Assembly: GCA_963762565.1 (NCBI GenBank)
Contig: CAVXLD010000003.1
Location: forward strand, 864,001 to 928,000
Direction: 5' to 3'
DNA: 64,000 bases
Source of the DNA: an uncultured Verrucomicrobiae bacterium
Lineage (GTDB): Bacteria > Verrucomicrobiota > Verrucomicrobiia > Chthoniobacterales > JAFAMB01
Position numbers and translations under genes: made by a program. Below, piece after piece: positions 38,853 to 48,206 of this stretch (position 1 is the first letter of the stretch; each line of letters begins with the position of its first letter). Under the pieces are notes generated by a model. It was given only the letters and a program-made list of their open reading frames with translations, did not search any database and was not told where the DNA came from.

Positions 38853-41201
38853 ATGTCTCCTTCTGATTATCTCGAACGCGTTTACGCCGGTGTACTCGGC
38901 AAGATCATTGGCGTTTATCTCGGACGGCCGTTTGAAGGGTGGAAGCACCAACGGATTTTGTCGGAGCTTGGGGAGATCTGGGATTACCAACATGAACGGT
39001 TGGGTGTGCCATTGGTAGTCGCTGATGACGATATTTCTGGCACATTTACTTTTTTGCGTGCGTTACCGGACCACGGTGGCAGCGCTGAGCTGACCGCCGC
39101 ACAGATCGGTCAAGCCTGGCTCAACTATATTGTCGAGAACCGGAGTATCCTCTGGTGGGGCGGTATGGGTAACTCGACGGAGCACACCGCTTTTCTGAGA
39201 TTAAAGGGCGGAATTTCGGCGCCGAAAAGCGGTGCGATTGCCACCAACGGTAAGACCGTGGCTGAACAGATTGGCGCCCAGATCTTTATTGATGGTTGGG
39301 CTTTAGTCGCTCCCGGCAACCCGCGCTTGGCCGCAGAGCTCGCTGGGAAAGCAGGTTCAGTGAGCCATGACGGTGAAGCGGTTTATGCAGCTCAGTTAGT
39401 GGCAGCGATGGAAGCACAAGCCTTCGTAGAACCCAGCATCGATCAGCTGATCGAGACCGGCCTAAAATATCTTCCGTCCAACTGTTTGATTGCCCAATTA
39501 GTAAACGATGTCCGTAATTGGCATCGGGAGGATGGTGATTGGAGAGTAACCCGGGGACGGATCGAACAAAAATACGGGTACGATAAGTTTCCCGGTAACT
39601 GTCACGTAGTTCCCAACCATGCGATCATCATCCTGAGTTTGCTTTATTCTGAGGATAATTTTGGTCGGGCCCTCATGATCGCGAACACATCTGGTTGGGA
39701 CACCGACTGTAACTCGGGTAACGTCGGCTGTCTGATCGGTATAAAGAACGGGTTAGCCGGGATCGACCCAAAACTGCGTGAAGCCGTTGCCGACCGTCTC
39801 TATCTGTCTACCGCCGATGGCGGCCGCTGTATTACGGATGCGGTTCGTGAGACGTATGAGATCTGCCGTATGGCAGATCGACTCGGCCAAGCGCCCTCCA
39901 TCCCGAGTCCCAAGAACGGCGCTCGTTTTCATTTCTCGCTCCCCGGTTCTGTTCAGGGCTTCCAATGTGGAGCGCGCCTCGCTTGCGAGGCCGACTCGGT
40001 CGGAACCGATTCCGTCGGGGCGGCAACCGCCCGCCTTGAGAACGTCGCGCTGACAGATACTGGTGTCTCTTCTATCGGCCTCGCAAGCGAGGCGCGCTCC
40101 ACGGGTGTCTCTTCTATCGGCCTCGCAAGCGAGGCGCGCTCCACGGGTGTCTCTTCTATCGGCCGCGCAAGCGAGGCACGCTCCACGGGTGTCTCTTCTA
40201 TCGGCCTCGCAAGCGAGGCACGCTCCACGGGTGTCTCTTCTATCGGCCTCGCAAGCGAGGCGCGCTCCACGGAGGCCGCTGCACGGGTGCTCGCCCTCGA
40301 TTTTAATCTTTCGCCGGGCGGTCCTCCAGCCACCATCGCGACTCCAACCTTCATCCCGCCTGATTCAAAAGATGCCAGTCACTATTGTTTGATGGCGTGC
40401 CCGACGCTTCACCCAGGAAACATTGTCACGGGTCGCGTGATCGCTGACCTTGCAAATTCGCGCCCGATCCGTGTCACTCCGTTCGTGACCTACTATGGAA
40501 ACAACGACGAGTTGAACGATCACCATGGTCCGTCGTTCACTCTCGACTTTGGCCGCACCCAAGATTTCCAATGGCAGATCGAAGACCTGGACGGTGCACC
40601 TATAGCCCAGTTCGGACTTGAGGTTAGCGCCGACGGCGCCGCTAAAGGCCGCTTATTCATCGATTACATCGACTGGTCAGGAACACCCACAACCACGTTT
40701 CGACGTCCAACGAGCAACAGCAAAATGTGGCTCCGTGCCTGGGTCAATGCCGTCGATCATGCCGGCACCCGCTGGGCATCAGCATTTCATCTCTCTCAAA
40801 ACAGCGGGACCGGCCTGCTCATTCAAGGCTCACGCGATTGGCAAAACTATGCCGTTCAATCCGCGATTATTTCGGACCCGGCCCAATCCTTTGGACTAGC
40901 CGCCCGGGTCCAAGGGTTATCTAGATACTACGCCCTCTTACTTGGCCCGAACCAGATATTGCGCCTAGTCCGGAATTACGATGGGATCGAGGTGTTAGCA
41001 GAGGTTCCGTATAGCTGGCGCTGGTCAGAGCGATATCAGTTCAATCTTGCGGTGAACGGAACTGAGATCGTAGGTTCCCTGAGTGGAACTCCATTAATTC
41101 GCTACAACGACACCGGTTCAGCCCTCCTCGATGGCGGAGTCGCCTTGGTGTGCGAAGAGGGCTTGATCATGACCGACGAAGTCACCGTTACCGGAGCTTA
41201 A
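38853..41201 (+). CDS. ADP-ribosylglycohydrolase family protein with a long C-terminal region and a repeat-derived insert
   Basis: GVLGKIIGVYLGRPFEG, DDDIS, SHDGE, GWDTDCN. Confidence 0.9.
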   Translation: MSPSDYLERVYAGVLGKIIGVYLGRPFEGWKHQRILSELGEIWDYQHERLGVPLVVADDDISGTFTFLRALPDHGGSAELTAAQIGQAWLNYIVENRSILWWGGMGNSTEHTAFLRLKGGISAPKSGAIATNGKTVAEQIGAQIFIDGWALVAPGNPRLAAELAGKAGSVSHDGEAVYAAQLVAAMEAQAFVEPSIDQLIETGLKYLPSNCLIAQLVNDVRNWHREDGDWRVTRGRIEQKYGYDKFPGNCHVVPNHAIIILSLLYSEDNFGRALMIANTSGWDTDCNSGNVGCLIGIKNGLAGIDPKLREAVADRLYLSTADGGRCITDAVRETYEICRMADRLGQAPSIPSPKNGARFHFSLPGSVQGFQCGARLACEADSVGTDSVGAATARLENVALTDTGVSSIGLASEARSTGVSSIGLASEARSTGVSSIGRASEARSTGVSSIGLASEARSTGVSSIGLASEARSTEAAARVLALDFNLSPGGPPATIATPTFIPPDSKDASHYCLMACPTLHPGNIVTGRVIADLANSRPIRVTPFVTYYGNNDELNDHHGPSFTLDFGRTQDFQWQIEDLDGAPIAQFGLEVSADGAAKGRLFIDYIDWSGTPTTTFRRPTSNSKMWLRAWVNAVDHAGTRWASAFHLSQNSGTGLLIQGSRDWQNYAVQSAIISDPAQSFGLAARVQGLSRYYALLLGPNQILRLVRNYDGIEVLAEVPYSWRWSERYQFNLAVNGTEIVGSLSGTPLIRYNDTGSALLDGGVALVCEEGLIMTDEVTVTGA
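39967..40271. repeat. In-frame family A element; right arm amplified as 5 x 42-bp tandem repeats (40062-40271)
   Basis: Left GTGGAGCGCGCCTCGCTTGCGAGGCCG; unit GGTGTCTCTTCTATCGGCCTCGCAAGCGAGGCGCGCTCCACG encodes GVSSIGLASEARST. Confidence 0.95.
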
Positions 41202-41230
41202 GGATGTAGCTAATCAGGCGCTTCGGGCAC

Positions 41231-42271
41231 TTATTTCGGAGTGATATCTATGACCGAAACCGTTCCGCCTAGATAGTTTGCGACGTAAGCATACTTGCCA
41301 TCCGGAGCGATCGCCACAGACGTCGGGTCGATTCCCACAACGACCTGACCAGCTAGCTTGTTAGTCGCTGTTCTGATCATGGCAACCGTGTCGTCCCTCG
41401 GATAGTTTCTGCCGTTACCCAATGGCACATAGAGGAACTTCCCGTTTGGAGTGATCGCTGGTTGGCCAGGAAGAAGGCGAGTGCTCTTCCGCAGCACGAT
41501 GGTATCAGTGAATGTATTGGTAGCGGTATCGATGATCACGACTACCGGTTGTCCGGTCGAACTAATTCCGGTAAAATAAAGCTTCGTGCCATTCGGCGAA
41601 AACGCCAAACCGCCAAATGGATACGGCACATTCGAGTTAATAGTTCCGGACACCGTGTTAGTCGCGGTATCGATGATACTAATGTAGTAAGGTGGGAAGG
41701 TTTGATTCGCAACATACGCCTTGCTTCCATCCGGCGAAAAAATCACCGCAGTTGGGTTCCCACCGACTGATATGGGCGATAACAGGGTTCCGTTGGAAAT
41801 GACGGTGAGCGTACCATCGTTGTAATTTGAGATATAGACAAGGCTGCCGCCCGGGCTTATCGCCTGGGGGCCTGGGCTCGACCCGGTCGCGTAACTCTGT
41901 ACCAAATGGTGGGTGACCGTTGAGAACTCTAAATCAGCGTTAGAGCTAAGTAGCGTGCAGTAGATACCCTTACCGTCAGGCGTCAGCGCTAAATAGAAGG
42001 GCTGGCCGCTGACACTGATGGTGAAACCAACTTCATTTGTGGCGGTATCGATACCGGAAATCGAATTCGATACTTCGTTGCCGACATAGACCGTGCTACT
42101 ATCAGGGCCGACCGCCAAACTGAAAGGCAATGTCCCGACAGTAATGGTCGCAACCACGGTATTTTTCGGGGTATAAGCGAACCCGGAAATCGGACTTGAG
42201 CTTAGCAAGCCCAGCACAAAAAGGATCAGGCTCGGCTTAGGACAAAACCGCGGACTTATCATCGTTTTCAT
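41231..42271 (-). CDS. Secreted YVTN/YncE-type beta-propeller protein
   Basis: Signal peptide; SPDGSKAYVAN, IDTATNTV blades. Confidence 0.9.
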   Translation of the reverse strand: MKTMISPRFCPKPSLILFVLGLLSSSPISGFAYTPKNTVVATITVGTLPFSLAVGPDSSTVYVGNEVSNSISGIDTATNEVGFTISVSGQPFYLALTPDGKGIYCTLLSSNADLEFSTVTHHLVQSYATGSSPGPQAISPGGSLVYISNYNDGTLTVISNGTLLSPISVGGNPTAVIFSPDGSKAYVANQTFPPYYISIIDTATNTVSGTINSNVPYPFGGLAFSPNGTKLYFTGISSTGQPVVVIIDTATNTFTDTIVLRKSTRLLPGQPAITPNGKFLYVPLGNGRNYPRDDTVAMIRTATNKLAGQVVVGIDPTSVAIAPDGKYAYVANYLGGTVSVIDITPK

Positions 42272-42423
42272 AGGCAGCGCCTAGTTAACTGGCTCCCCGC
42301 TGCTAGAAGCAAGCCTGCTTTTGTTACGGAATGGGTGGAATCTGATGAGTTCCGACCCGCGAAGACGACAACGCTGCGGCACCAAAGCCGGCACGCCTCT
42401 AAAACTCCTCAGGCCAGAATCAT

Positions 42424-42695
42424 GACCCAACCTTCAGCCCGCCTGACTCAAAGAACGCCAGTCACTATTCGTTGCTTACCTGGTCCAAAACACTCGGCGA
42501 TCGTGGCTGACCCTGCTAAATCCTTTGGATTGGCCGCCAGAGTCCAAGGTTTTATCTCGCTAGCATGCTCTGATGCTCGGACCGAACCAAGTGTTACGCC
42601 TGGTCCGTAACTACGACGAAATCCAAGTGTTAGCCTAGGTTCCCTACACCTGGAGCTGGTCAAAACGCTACGAATTCAAACTCGAAGTAACCGGC
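42424..42695 (+). pseudogene. Decayed second copy of the ADP-ribosylglycohydrolase 3' region
   Basis: 42426-42476 matches 40344-40394; 42491-42694 (SAIVADPAKSFGLAARVQG...GPNQVLRLVRNYD...) matches 40857-41060 with frameshift and stop. Confidence 0.85.
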
Positions 42696-42762
42696 GCTAC
42701 GCGCGACTCCCCCGCCGGTACCACCCAACGAAACCGTCGGTCTCCAAAAGAATGGGTCCGTC

Positions 42763-43134
42763 GTGTTACCTGATTCACAGGTTATCGAGCCTGCCGGCCG
42801 TCAAATTACGGTCATCGGACGCCCCAGCGTGATTGCTATCCGGCCCGACCACAAAACCGCGGTCGTCATTAATGGCGATGGCAACACCGGCTTCTCTAGT
42901 GGACCGATTGTGATCTTCGATCTGACCAAAGGAACCGTGCTCCAACAATTGTTGCCTTACACCGGCGCCAAGCCTTCGTTAACGGGAGCGGTTTATTCCC
43001 CAAACGGCCAATATTTGTACGCATCTGATTACGGCAATAACGGCGTAATCGATGTTTACCAAGTGGCTACTGACGGTACGGTCGCCTACTCGACGTCGAT
43101 CGCCTTACCGAACCCCAACGGTAACGACGATTAG
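42763..43134 (+). pseudogene. N-terminal fragment of a YncE/phosphoesterase-type protein
   Basis: LPDSQVIEPAG...IFDLTKG.VLQ...TGAVYSPNG resembles the N-terminal part of 52541-55312; no signal peptide, early stop. Confidence 0.65.
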
Positions 43135-43181
43135 TAACGATTCGTATGCTCCGGATCGGGTCCGTTGGTGGACCCGATCCA

Positions 43182-43373
43182 CCGTGGAGCGCTGCCTCGC
43201 TTGCGAGGCCGTGGTAAGCACGGGTTAAATCGTGAAGTAAACCGATAGTTGCCTGCGCTCTATACCGTAGGGCTCCGCCTCCTCACGCTTGATAGAGCGC
43301 AGTCAGGCAAGGCGACGAGACCCGCCTCATCACTTTGCTCACCACGGCCTCGCAAGCGAGGCACGCTCCACGG
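43182..43373. repeat. Family A REPIN-like element
   Basis: CCGTGGAGCGCTGCCTCGCTTGCGAGGCCGTGGT / ACCACGGCCTCGCAAGCGAGGCACGCTCCACGG. Confidence 0.9.
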
Positions 43374-43475
43374 CCGTGCGCTCTTTCGGCGCGATCCGTC
43401 TCGATATCAGCTCAATTGATATCCAATCACAATAAACGATTGTGCTCAGCCCGGCGGCTCGCACCATTGTCCGGT

Positions 43476-43745
43476 ATGAAAACCGAGATTCAACCCTTCA
43501 GTAATGAGAACGCGAGCCAGTACTATCTGACGAAAACCGACCTGGTCGCCGACAAACGGGTCTTAGCAGAATTCGGTTTTGGTACCCTCGCCGGGGTCAT
43601 TTCATTCGTGGCCGCGGTCTTCACTACAGTGGTCGAAATACCCGGTTTTTGGCGATCCTTCTGGCTAATGATCTGTATCAGCAGCTTTGTCTGCGCCGTC
43701 GCATTAGTCACTGAAGGAACCAGGCATTTCGAGGGACGGTCGTGA
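43476..43745 (+). CDS. Small two-TM membrane protein
   Basis: ATG at 43476; two hydrophobic segments. Confidence 0.5.
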   Translation: MKTEIQPFSNENASQYYLTKTDLVADKRVLAEFGFGTLAGVISFVAAVFTTVVEIPGFWRSFWLMICISSFVCAVALVTEGTRHFEGRS

Positions 43746-43764
43746 CAAAAAGGAGTTCAAGGAG

Positions 43765-43900
43765 AGGCCCAGGGAGGGCGCGCGTCCCCGCGCGCCGCGA
43801 GGACATGCCACAACTCAAAGGGCGCATTTTGTTCCGCGGTTATCACATGTGCTCGGCTCCGTTAACAAAGGATCGCGGGGACGCGATCCCTCCCGGGCCT
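43765..43900. repeat. Family J REPIN-like element, within GGAGTTCA/TGAACTCC arms
   Basis: GGGAGGGCGCGCGTCCCCGCGCGCCG / GGATCGCGGGGACGCGATCCCTCCC. Confidence 0.85.
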
Positions 43901-44033
43901 TGGGCCCCGCATCTCCTGACTCCTGGATTCTGGCTCCTGGCTCCTCTCCCTGAACTCCTTGAACTCCCGAACTCCTGAACTCCTCTTTTCAAGCTTCCCC
44001 GAAGTACCGGTTTAGGCCACCATCCAGGAGGCA

Positions 44034-45653
44034 ATGAGCACAACCTCTATTTGGACCGCGCTCCGCAACCCCGCGTTCCGTATTTTGTGGGTGGCCAGCG
44101 TTGTCTCAGGTTGCTGCGTTTCGGCTCACGATATGGCGGCCACGTGGGTCATGAACACGCTGTCGCCTTCGCCACTGATGATCTCTCTGATGTCCACAGC
44201 GGCGGCGCTGCCTTTTTTTGTTATGACTCTGCCGGCCGGTGCACTGGCGGACATGGTTGACCGAAAAAAGATTCTCATGGTGATGCATGTCTGGCTTGCT
44301 TTATCAGCTGCCGGACTTGCGGTACTAGGGTCGCTGAGATTGTTGAATCCTTATTTAATATTGATTGGAGTATTTTTGCTTGGGGTCGGCTTCGCGGCCA
44401 ACGGTCCCGCCTGGACGTCAGTAATTCCCGATGTGGTAACCAAGGACGAGCTTCCTTCAGCAGTGACCTTGAGCGGCGTGCAGATGAATATTTCGGGAGT
44501 TATCGGGCCCGCTCTTGGAGGACTCCTTCTTCCCTTGATCGGAGCGAACTCCGTTTTTGCTCTCAATGGGGCCGCTTTTCTCCTTGTGTTGCTGGCAGTC
44601 CTGCAATGGCGCAACCCGCACAAACGGTTTAGAGACTCGGCCGAGAGTATGCTCGAGTCGTTCATTGGCACGGTTCGTTACGTTCGATACACGCGCGGCG
44701 TACGAGTTGTTCTCATTCGCGCTTTCCTATTCTCGCTGCTGATCTCGGTAATCCCAGCCCTCCTTCCGGCCATTGGCCTCAAAGCGCTTAACCTAACCTC
44801 CTCGCATCTTGGGATCCTGTTTACGAGCATGGCCGTCGGAGGGTTGTTAGGTGCAGTCTATGTCGTACCGAGAGCCCGAGCCCGTTACAGCTCCAATCAG
44901 GTTACAATCGTAGCCAGTCTGCTGCTGATTGCGGTGTATGTTCTGATGGCCGCTGTTCGTGACCTTGGGATCTTCATGGTGGTTGCGGCTCTCGCCGGCG
45001 CTTGCTGGACTCTGGCAGGCTCGGAGATTTGGGTGGTCGCACAGCAAGCGATGCCAGGCTGGACCCGTGGTCGTTTGAACGCGGCTCAAATCATGGTTTC
45101 TCAAGGCGGCATCGCAGTCGGAGGCGTAGTCTGGGGCGTCCTGGCAGAATTCACCGGCTTTCAATATACGCTCCTGCTCGCCGCTTTGTTGGTCTGTTAC
45201 AACCTGAGTGTAACCGGTCCGTTGTCGCTCGATTTCGTTAGTTCGCTCGACATAGAGCCGGGTCTCCCGCCGCGGACCCCAGACTTTTCTGATCCTCCCG
45301 GACCCGACGACGGACCCATCGCGGTGGTTGCTGAGGTTACGGTCGACCAGGAAAAACGGAGTCAGTTCCTCGAGTTAGTACGGGAGCTTCGCCTGATTTA
45401 TCTACGAAACGGTGCGTCCAGTGTTCGACTTTACGAGAGTCTCGCCGATCGGTCGGTGTTTCGGCTAGAGGCAGTGGTTACAACTTGGCGCGAACACCTG
45501 CTCCTTAATCGCCGGTTGACCAAGACAGAGCGCGAACTTTTAGTTCGAGTCCTGCAATTTCATAACGGCGAAAAAGCTGCCGTTTATCATTACACTTTAG
45601 TAACCAGAGAAATTCTTGCTCGCCGGCCAGCAGAGGATCACGGCGGGGCGTAG
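44034..45653 (+). CDS. MFS transporter with a C-terminal soluble domain (MFS_3/DUF894-like)
   Basis: ALRNPAFR, AGALADMVDRKK, GPALGGLL; about 12 TM plus hydrophilic tail. Confidence 0.9.
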   Translation: MSTTSIWTALRNPAFRILWVASVVSGCCVSAHDMAATWVMNTLSPSPLMISLMSTAAALPFFVMTLPAGALADMVDRKKILMVMHVWLALSAAGLAVLGSLRLLNPYLILIGVFLLGVGFAANGPAWTSVIPDVVTKDELPSAVTLSGVQMNISGVIGPALGGLLLPLIGANSVFALNGAAFLLVLLAVLQWRNPHKRFRDSAESMLESFIGTVRYVRYTRGVRVVLIRAFLFSLLISVIPALLPAIGLKALNLTSSHLGILFTSMAVGGLLGAVYVVPRARARYSSNQVTIVASLLLIAVYVLMAAVRDLGIFMVVAALAGACWTLAGSEIWVVAQQAMPGWTRGRLNAAQIMVSQGGIAVGGVVWGVLAEFTGFQYTLLLAALLVCYNLSVTGPLSLDFVSSLDIEPGLPPRTPDFSDPPGPDDGPIAVVAEVTVDQEKRSQFLELVRELRLIYLRNGASSVRLYESLADRSVFRLEAVVTTWREHLLLNRRLTKTERELLVRVLQFHNGEKAAVYHYTLVTREILARRPAEDHGGA

Positions 45654-45678
45654 TTGAAGGAGTTCAATGTCCTATGTG

Positions 45679-45964
45679 CCTGGAGGGGAGCCGCTTTGGA
45701 GTGTAACCAAGCGACCCCACGATATTCGTATCGGCGCGTGCATGATCACAAATCCTTTTAAACAGGCGGCTCCCGGGAACGTTCCAATGCGTGTTAGGTT
45801 TGTCGCTCCGTTGAGCAGTGAAGAATCTCCAAGCACAACGATGGACAAAACGCCGCGTGCGGTAATTCCCGGGAGCCGCCTGTTTAACACCCTATTTAGT
45901 CTGCCTCGCACTGGAAAGAATTTCGCGAGATCTTTGGGTCCGACCCAAAGCGGCTCCCCTCCGG
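45679..45964. mobile_element. Family C element, copy 3
   Basis: CCTGGAGGGGAGCCGCTTTGG / CCAAAGCGGCTCCCCTCCGG; inner AAACAGGCGGCTCCCGGGAA / TTCCCGGGAGCCGCCTGTTT. Confidence 0.88.
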
Positions 45965-46014
45965 TTGGACGCTGCGCCTTTGTCAGATAAGCGGCAACGT
46001 GTAAGACTCTGCCG

Positions 46015-47919
46015 ATGGCGGATCCAATCTCGGTAATAAGCGCAAAGGAATTGACGGTGCGATACGGGCCGCAAACCGTGCTGGACGAAGCCAGCCTGAA
46101 TATCGATGAAGGAGAACGTCTCGGTTTGGTCGGACGCAACGGAACGGGCAAATCGACCTTTCTCCAGATCCTGGCCGGTCATGAGCTGCCCGATTCCGGA
46201 GAAGTCGTGCGCAGGCGCGAATTGATTGTTGGATACATGCCTCAGCAATTTCGGCTGGAGGACGCCGCCACGGTGCATGCTAATATTATGGCTGGCGCCC
46301 AAACCGTACTCGATTTGATCCAGCAATACGAGCAGGCTCCGGCCGCCTCTGACGGGAGCGCCCGTTTGCTGGATCGAATTGAACATCTTGGCGGCTGGAC
46401 GATCGAACATCGCATCAAGTCGTTAGTCGAACATCTGCATGCTCCGTCCCTCGACCGTACGGTACGAGATTTGTCAGGGGGCGAAAAACGGCGCGTTGCC
46501 CTCTGCCGTGCACTGGTTTCGCAGCCCGACCTCTTGCTTCTCGATGAGCCAACCAACCACCTCGATACCACCGCCATCGAATGGTTAGAGGATTTTCTTG
46601 CCCACTATCCTGGCACCTGCCTTTTCGTCACTCACGATCGTTATTTTTTGGATAAAATCGCCACCGGGATCGTTGAATTAGACCAAGGTAAATTCCTCCG
46701 ATACACCGGTAATTACACCGACTTCTTGCTGACTCGCGCCGCCCGAAAAGCAGCCTTGGAACAACAAGAACGTAAACGCCAAAAATTTCTGAAACGAGAA
46801 CTGGAATGGGTTCGGCGTAGTCCCAGTGCCCGCCGGACGAAGTCGATCGACCGGGTAGAAAAATTTTTCGAGATGGCCGCCCAGGAAGAGCCGGCTCCTG
46901 AAACCGAAGCGGAACTGATCATTCCGCCACCGCCGAAATTGGGTGAACGGGTAATCGAATTGAAAGAAATCACGCTAGACCGGAACGGAAGAAAACTGAT
47001 CGACGATCTAAACCTGGATCTTAGACCCGGTGAAAAGCTTGGCGTGATCGGCGCAAACGGTCTGGGCAAGACCAGCCTGATCAAAGTGATTCTAGGTCAG
47101 TTGCCGCCGACTAAAGGTGAGGTAGTGCTCGGCCCGCGCGTACAAATTAACTACGTCGATCAAGATCGAACATTACTTGATGATCAGAAAACGGTTTGGC
47201 AGGAGATCGGCGGAGGCAACGAGTCTATCAGGCTCGGCGAAGAAACGATTTCCTTACGCTCGTATCTCCGTCGATTTCTGTTCACTGAAGATCGCATTAA
47301 CACCAAGATAGAACTGCTCAGCGGTGGCGAAAGAAATCGGGTGGTACTGGCGAAAACGCTAAAACAAGGCGGCAACGTGTTGATTCTCGATGAACCCACC
47401 AACGATCTCGATCTGGGTACATTGCGTTTATTGGAGGAAGCCCTGATCGATTTTTTGGGAACAGTGATCGTGATCAGCCACGACCGCTATTTTCTCAACC
47501 GGGTGGCAACCGCAATTCTGGCGTTCGAAGGTGACGCCATCGTTCGATACGCAGTCGGTAACTACGATTACTATTTACAAAAAAAAGCCGAAGAGCAAAG
47601 CTTGCTCCCGCCAAAGCCGGCCGCACCAACGCCTGTTGCTAAAACCGTCGCTCCGGTAACTAACCGGCCCCGCAAACTCAAATGGAAAGAGGAACGTGAA
47701 CTGGAGACGATCGAAGCCACCATCCTGGAGGCCGAGGACAAGGTGATCGACCTGGAAAAAGTGTTTGCCGATCCCGACTTTTATAAAAAACACGGTAAAG
47801 ACTATGCGACGTTGGAAGCGGACCTAAAAACGGCCAGAGAACGAGTGACCGAGCTATATCGTCGCTGGGAAGAGCTGGAACAGATCAAGCAAGCGAGCAC
47901 TGTCTTCAAGGCGCCGTGA
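46015..47919 (+). CDS. ABC-F family ATPase (Uup-like)
   Basis: Two ABC cassettes (GRNGTGKS, GANGLGKT, LSGGE, DEPTN), no TM segments, C-terminal coiled coil ending RWEEL. Confidence 0.93.
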   Translation: MADPISVISAKELTVRYGPQTVLDEASLNIDEGERLGLVGRNGTGKSTFLQILAGHELPDSGEVVRRRELIVGYMPQQFRLEDAATVHANIMAGAQTVLDLIQQYEQAPAASDGSARLLDRIEHLGGWTIEHRIKSLVEHLHAPSLDRTVRDLSGGEKRRVALCRALVSQPDLLLLDEPTNHLDTTAIEWLEDFLAHYPGTCLFVTHDRYFLDKIATGIVELDQGKFLRYTGNYTDFLLTRAARKAALEQQERKRQKFLKRELEWVRRSPSARRTKSIDRVEKFFEMAAQEEPAPETEAELIIPPPPKLGERVIELKEITLDRNGRKLIDDLNLDLRPGEKLGVIGANGLGKTSLIKVILGQLPPTKGEVVLGPRVQINYVDQDRTLLDDQKTVWQEIGGGNESIRLGEETISLRSYLRRFLFTEDRINTKIELLSGGERNRVVLAKTLKQGGNVLILDEPTNDLDLGTLRLLEEALIDFLGTVIVISHDRYFLNRVATAILAFEGDAIVRYAVGNYDYYLQKKAEEQSLLPPKPAAPTPVAKTVAPVTNRPRKLKWKEERELETIEATILEAEDKVIDLEKVFADPDFYKKHGKDYATLEADLKTARERVTELYRRWEELEQIKQASTVFKAP

Positions 47920-47954
47920 TCCGCCGAACCATGGGGTCCCGGCGGAAGAATTAA

Positions 47955-48170
47955 CTCACGCAAAGACGCAAAGGCGCAAAAGGTTAAGACCATGCGGGCT
48001 GAGCGTTTTCAACTTCGACGCGATGGATCGGATTGGCGGGCGAAGATAATCTAAGGCCGAGCCACGAAGAAACGGCCCCTTATGAATTAGTATCTCCCGA
48101 CGATGCCCTCGTACGTCTGCGTAGGGTTTGCAACTTTCTTAACCTTTGCGCCTTTGCGTCTTTGCGTGAG
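47955..48170. mobile_element. Family H element (CGCAAAG arms), copy 1
   Basis: CTCACGCAAAGACGCAAAGGCGCAAAAGGTTAAG / CTTAACCTTTGCGCCTTTGCGTCTTTGCGTGAG. Confidence 0.88.
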
Positions 48171-48206
48171 ATTTTCTGCGCTCGGGTTGCGGCGATTTGT
48201 CTTTAT

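Noticed and set aside
40062..40271. CRISPR array (regular palindromic repeats)
   Set aside because: The units are head-to-tail with no unique spacers, lie in frame in a gene, match a dispersed REP-like arm, and no cas genes are present.
43153..43180. Terminator (GGATCGGGTCC/GGACCCGATCC hairpin)
   Set aside because: No U-tract; it follows a gene fragment and abuts a repeat, so function is unclear.
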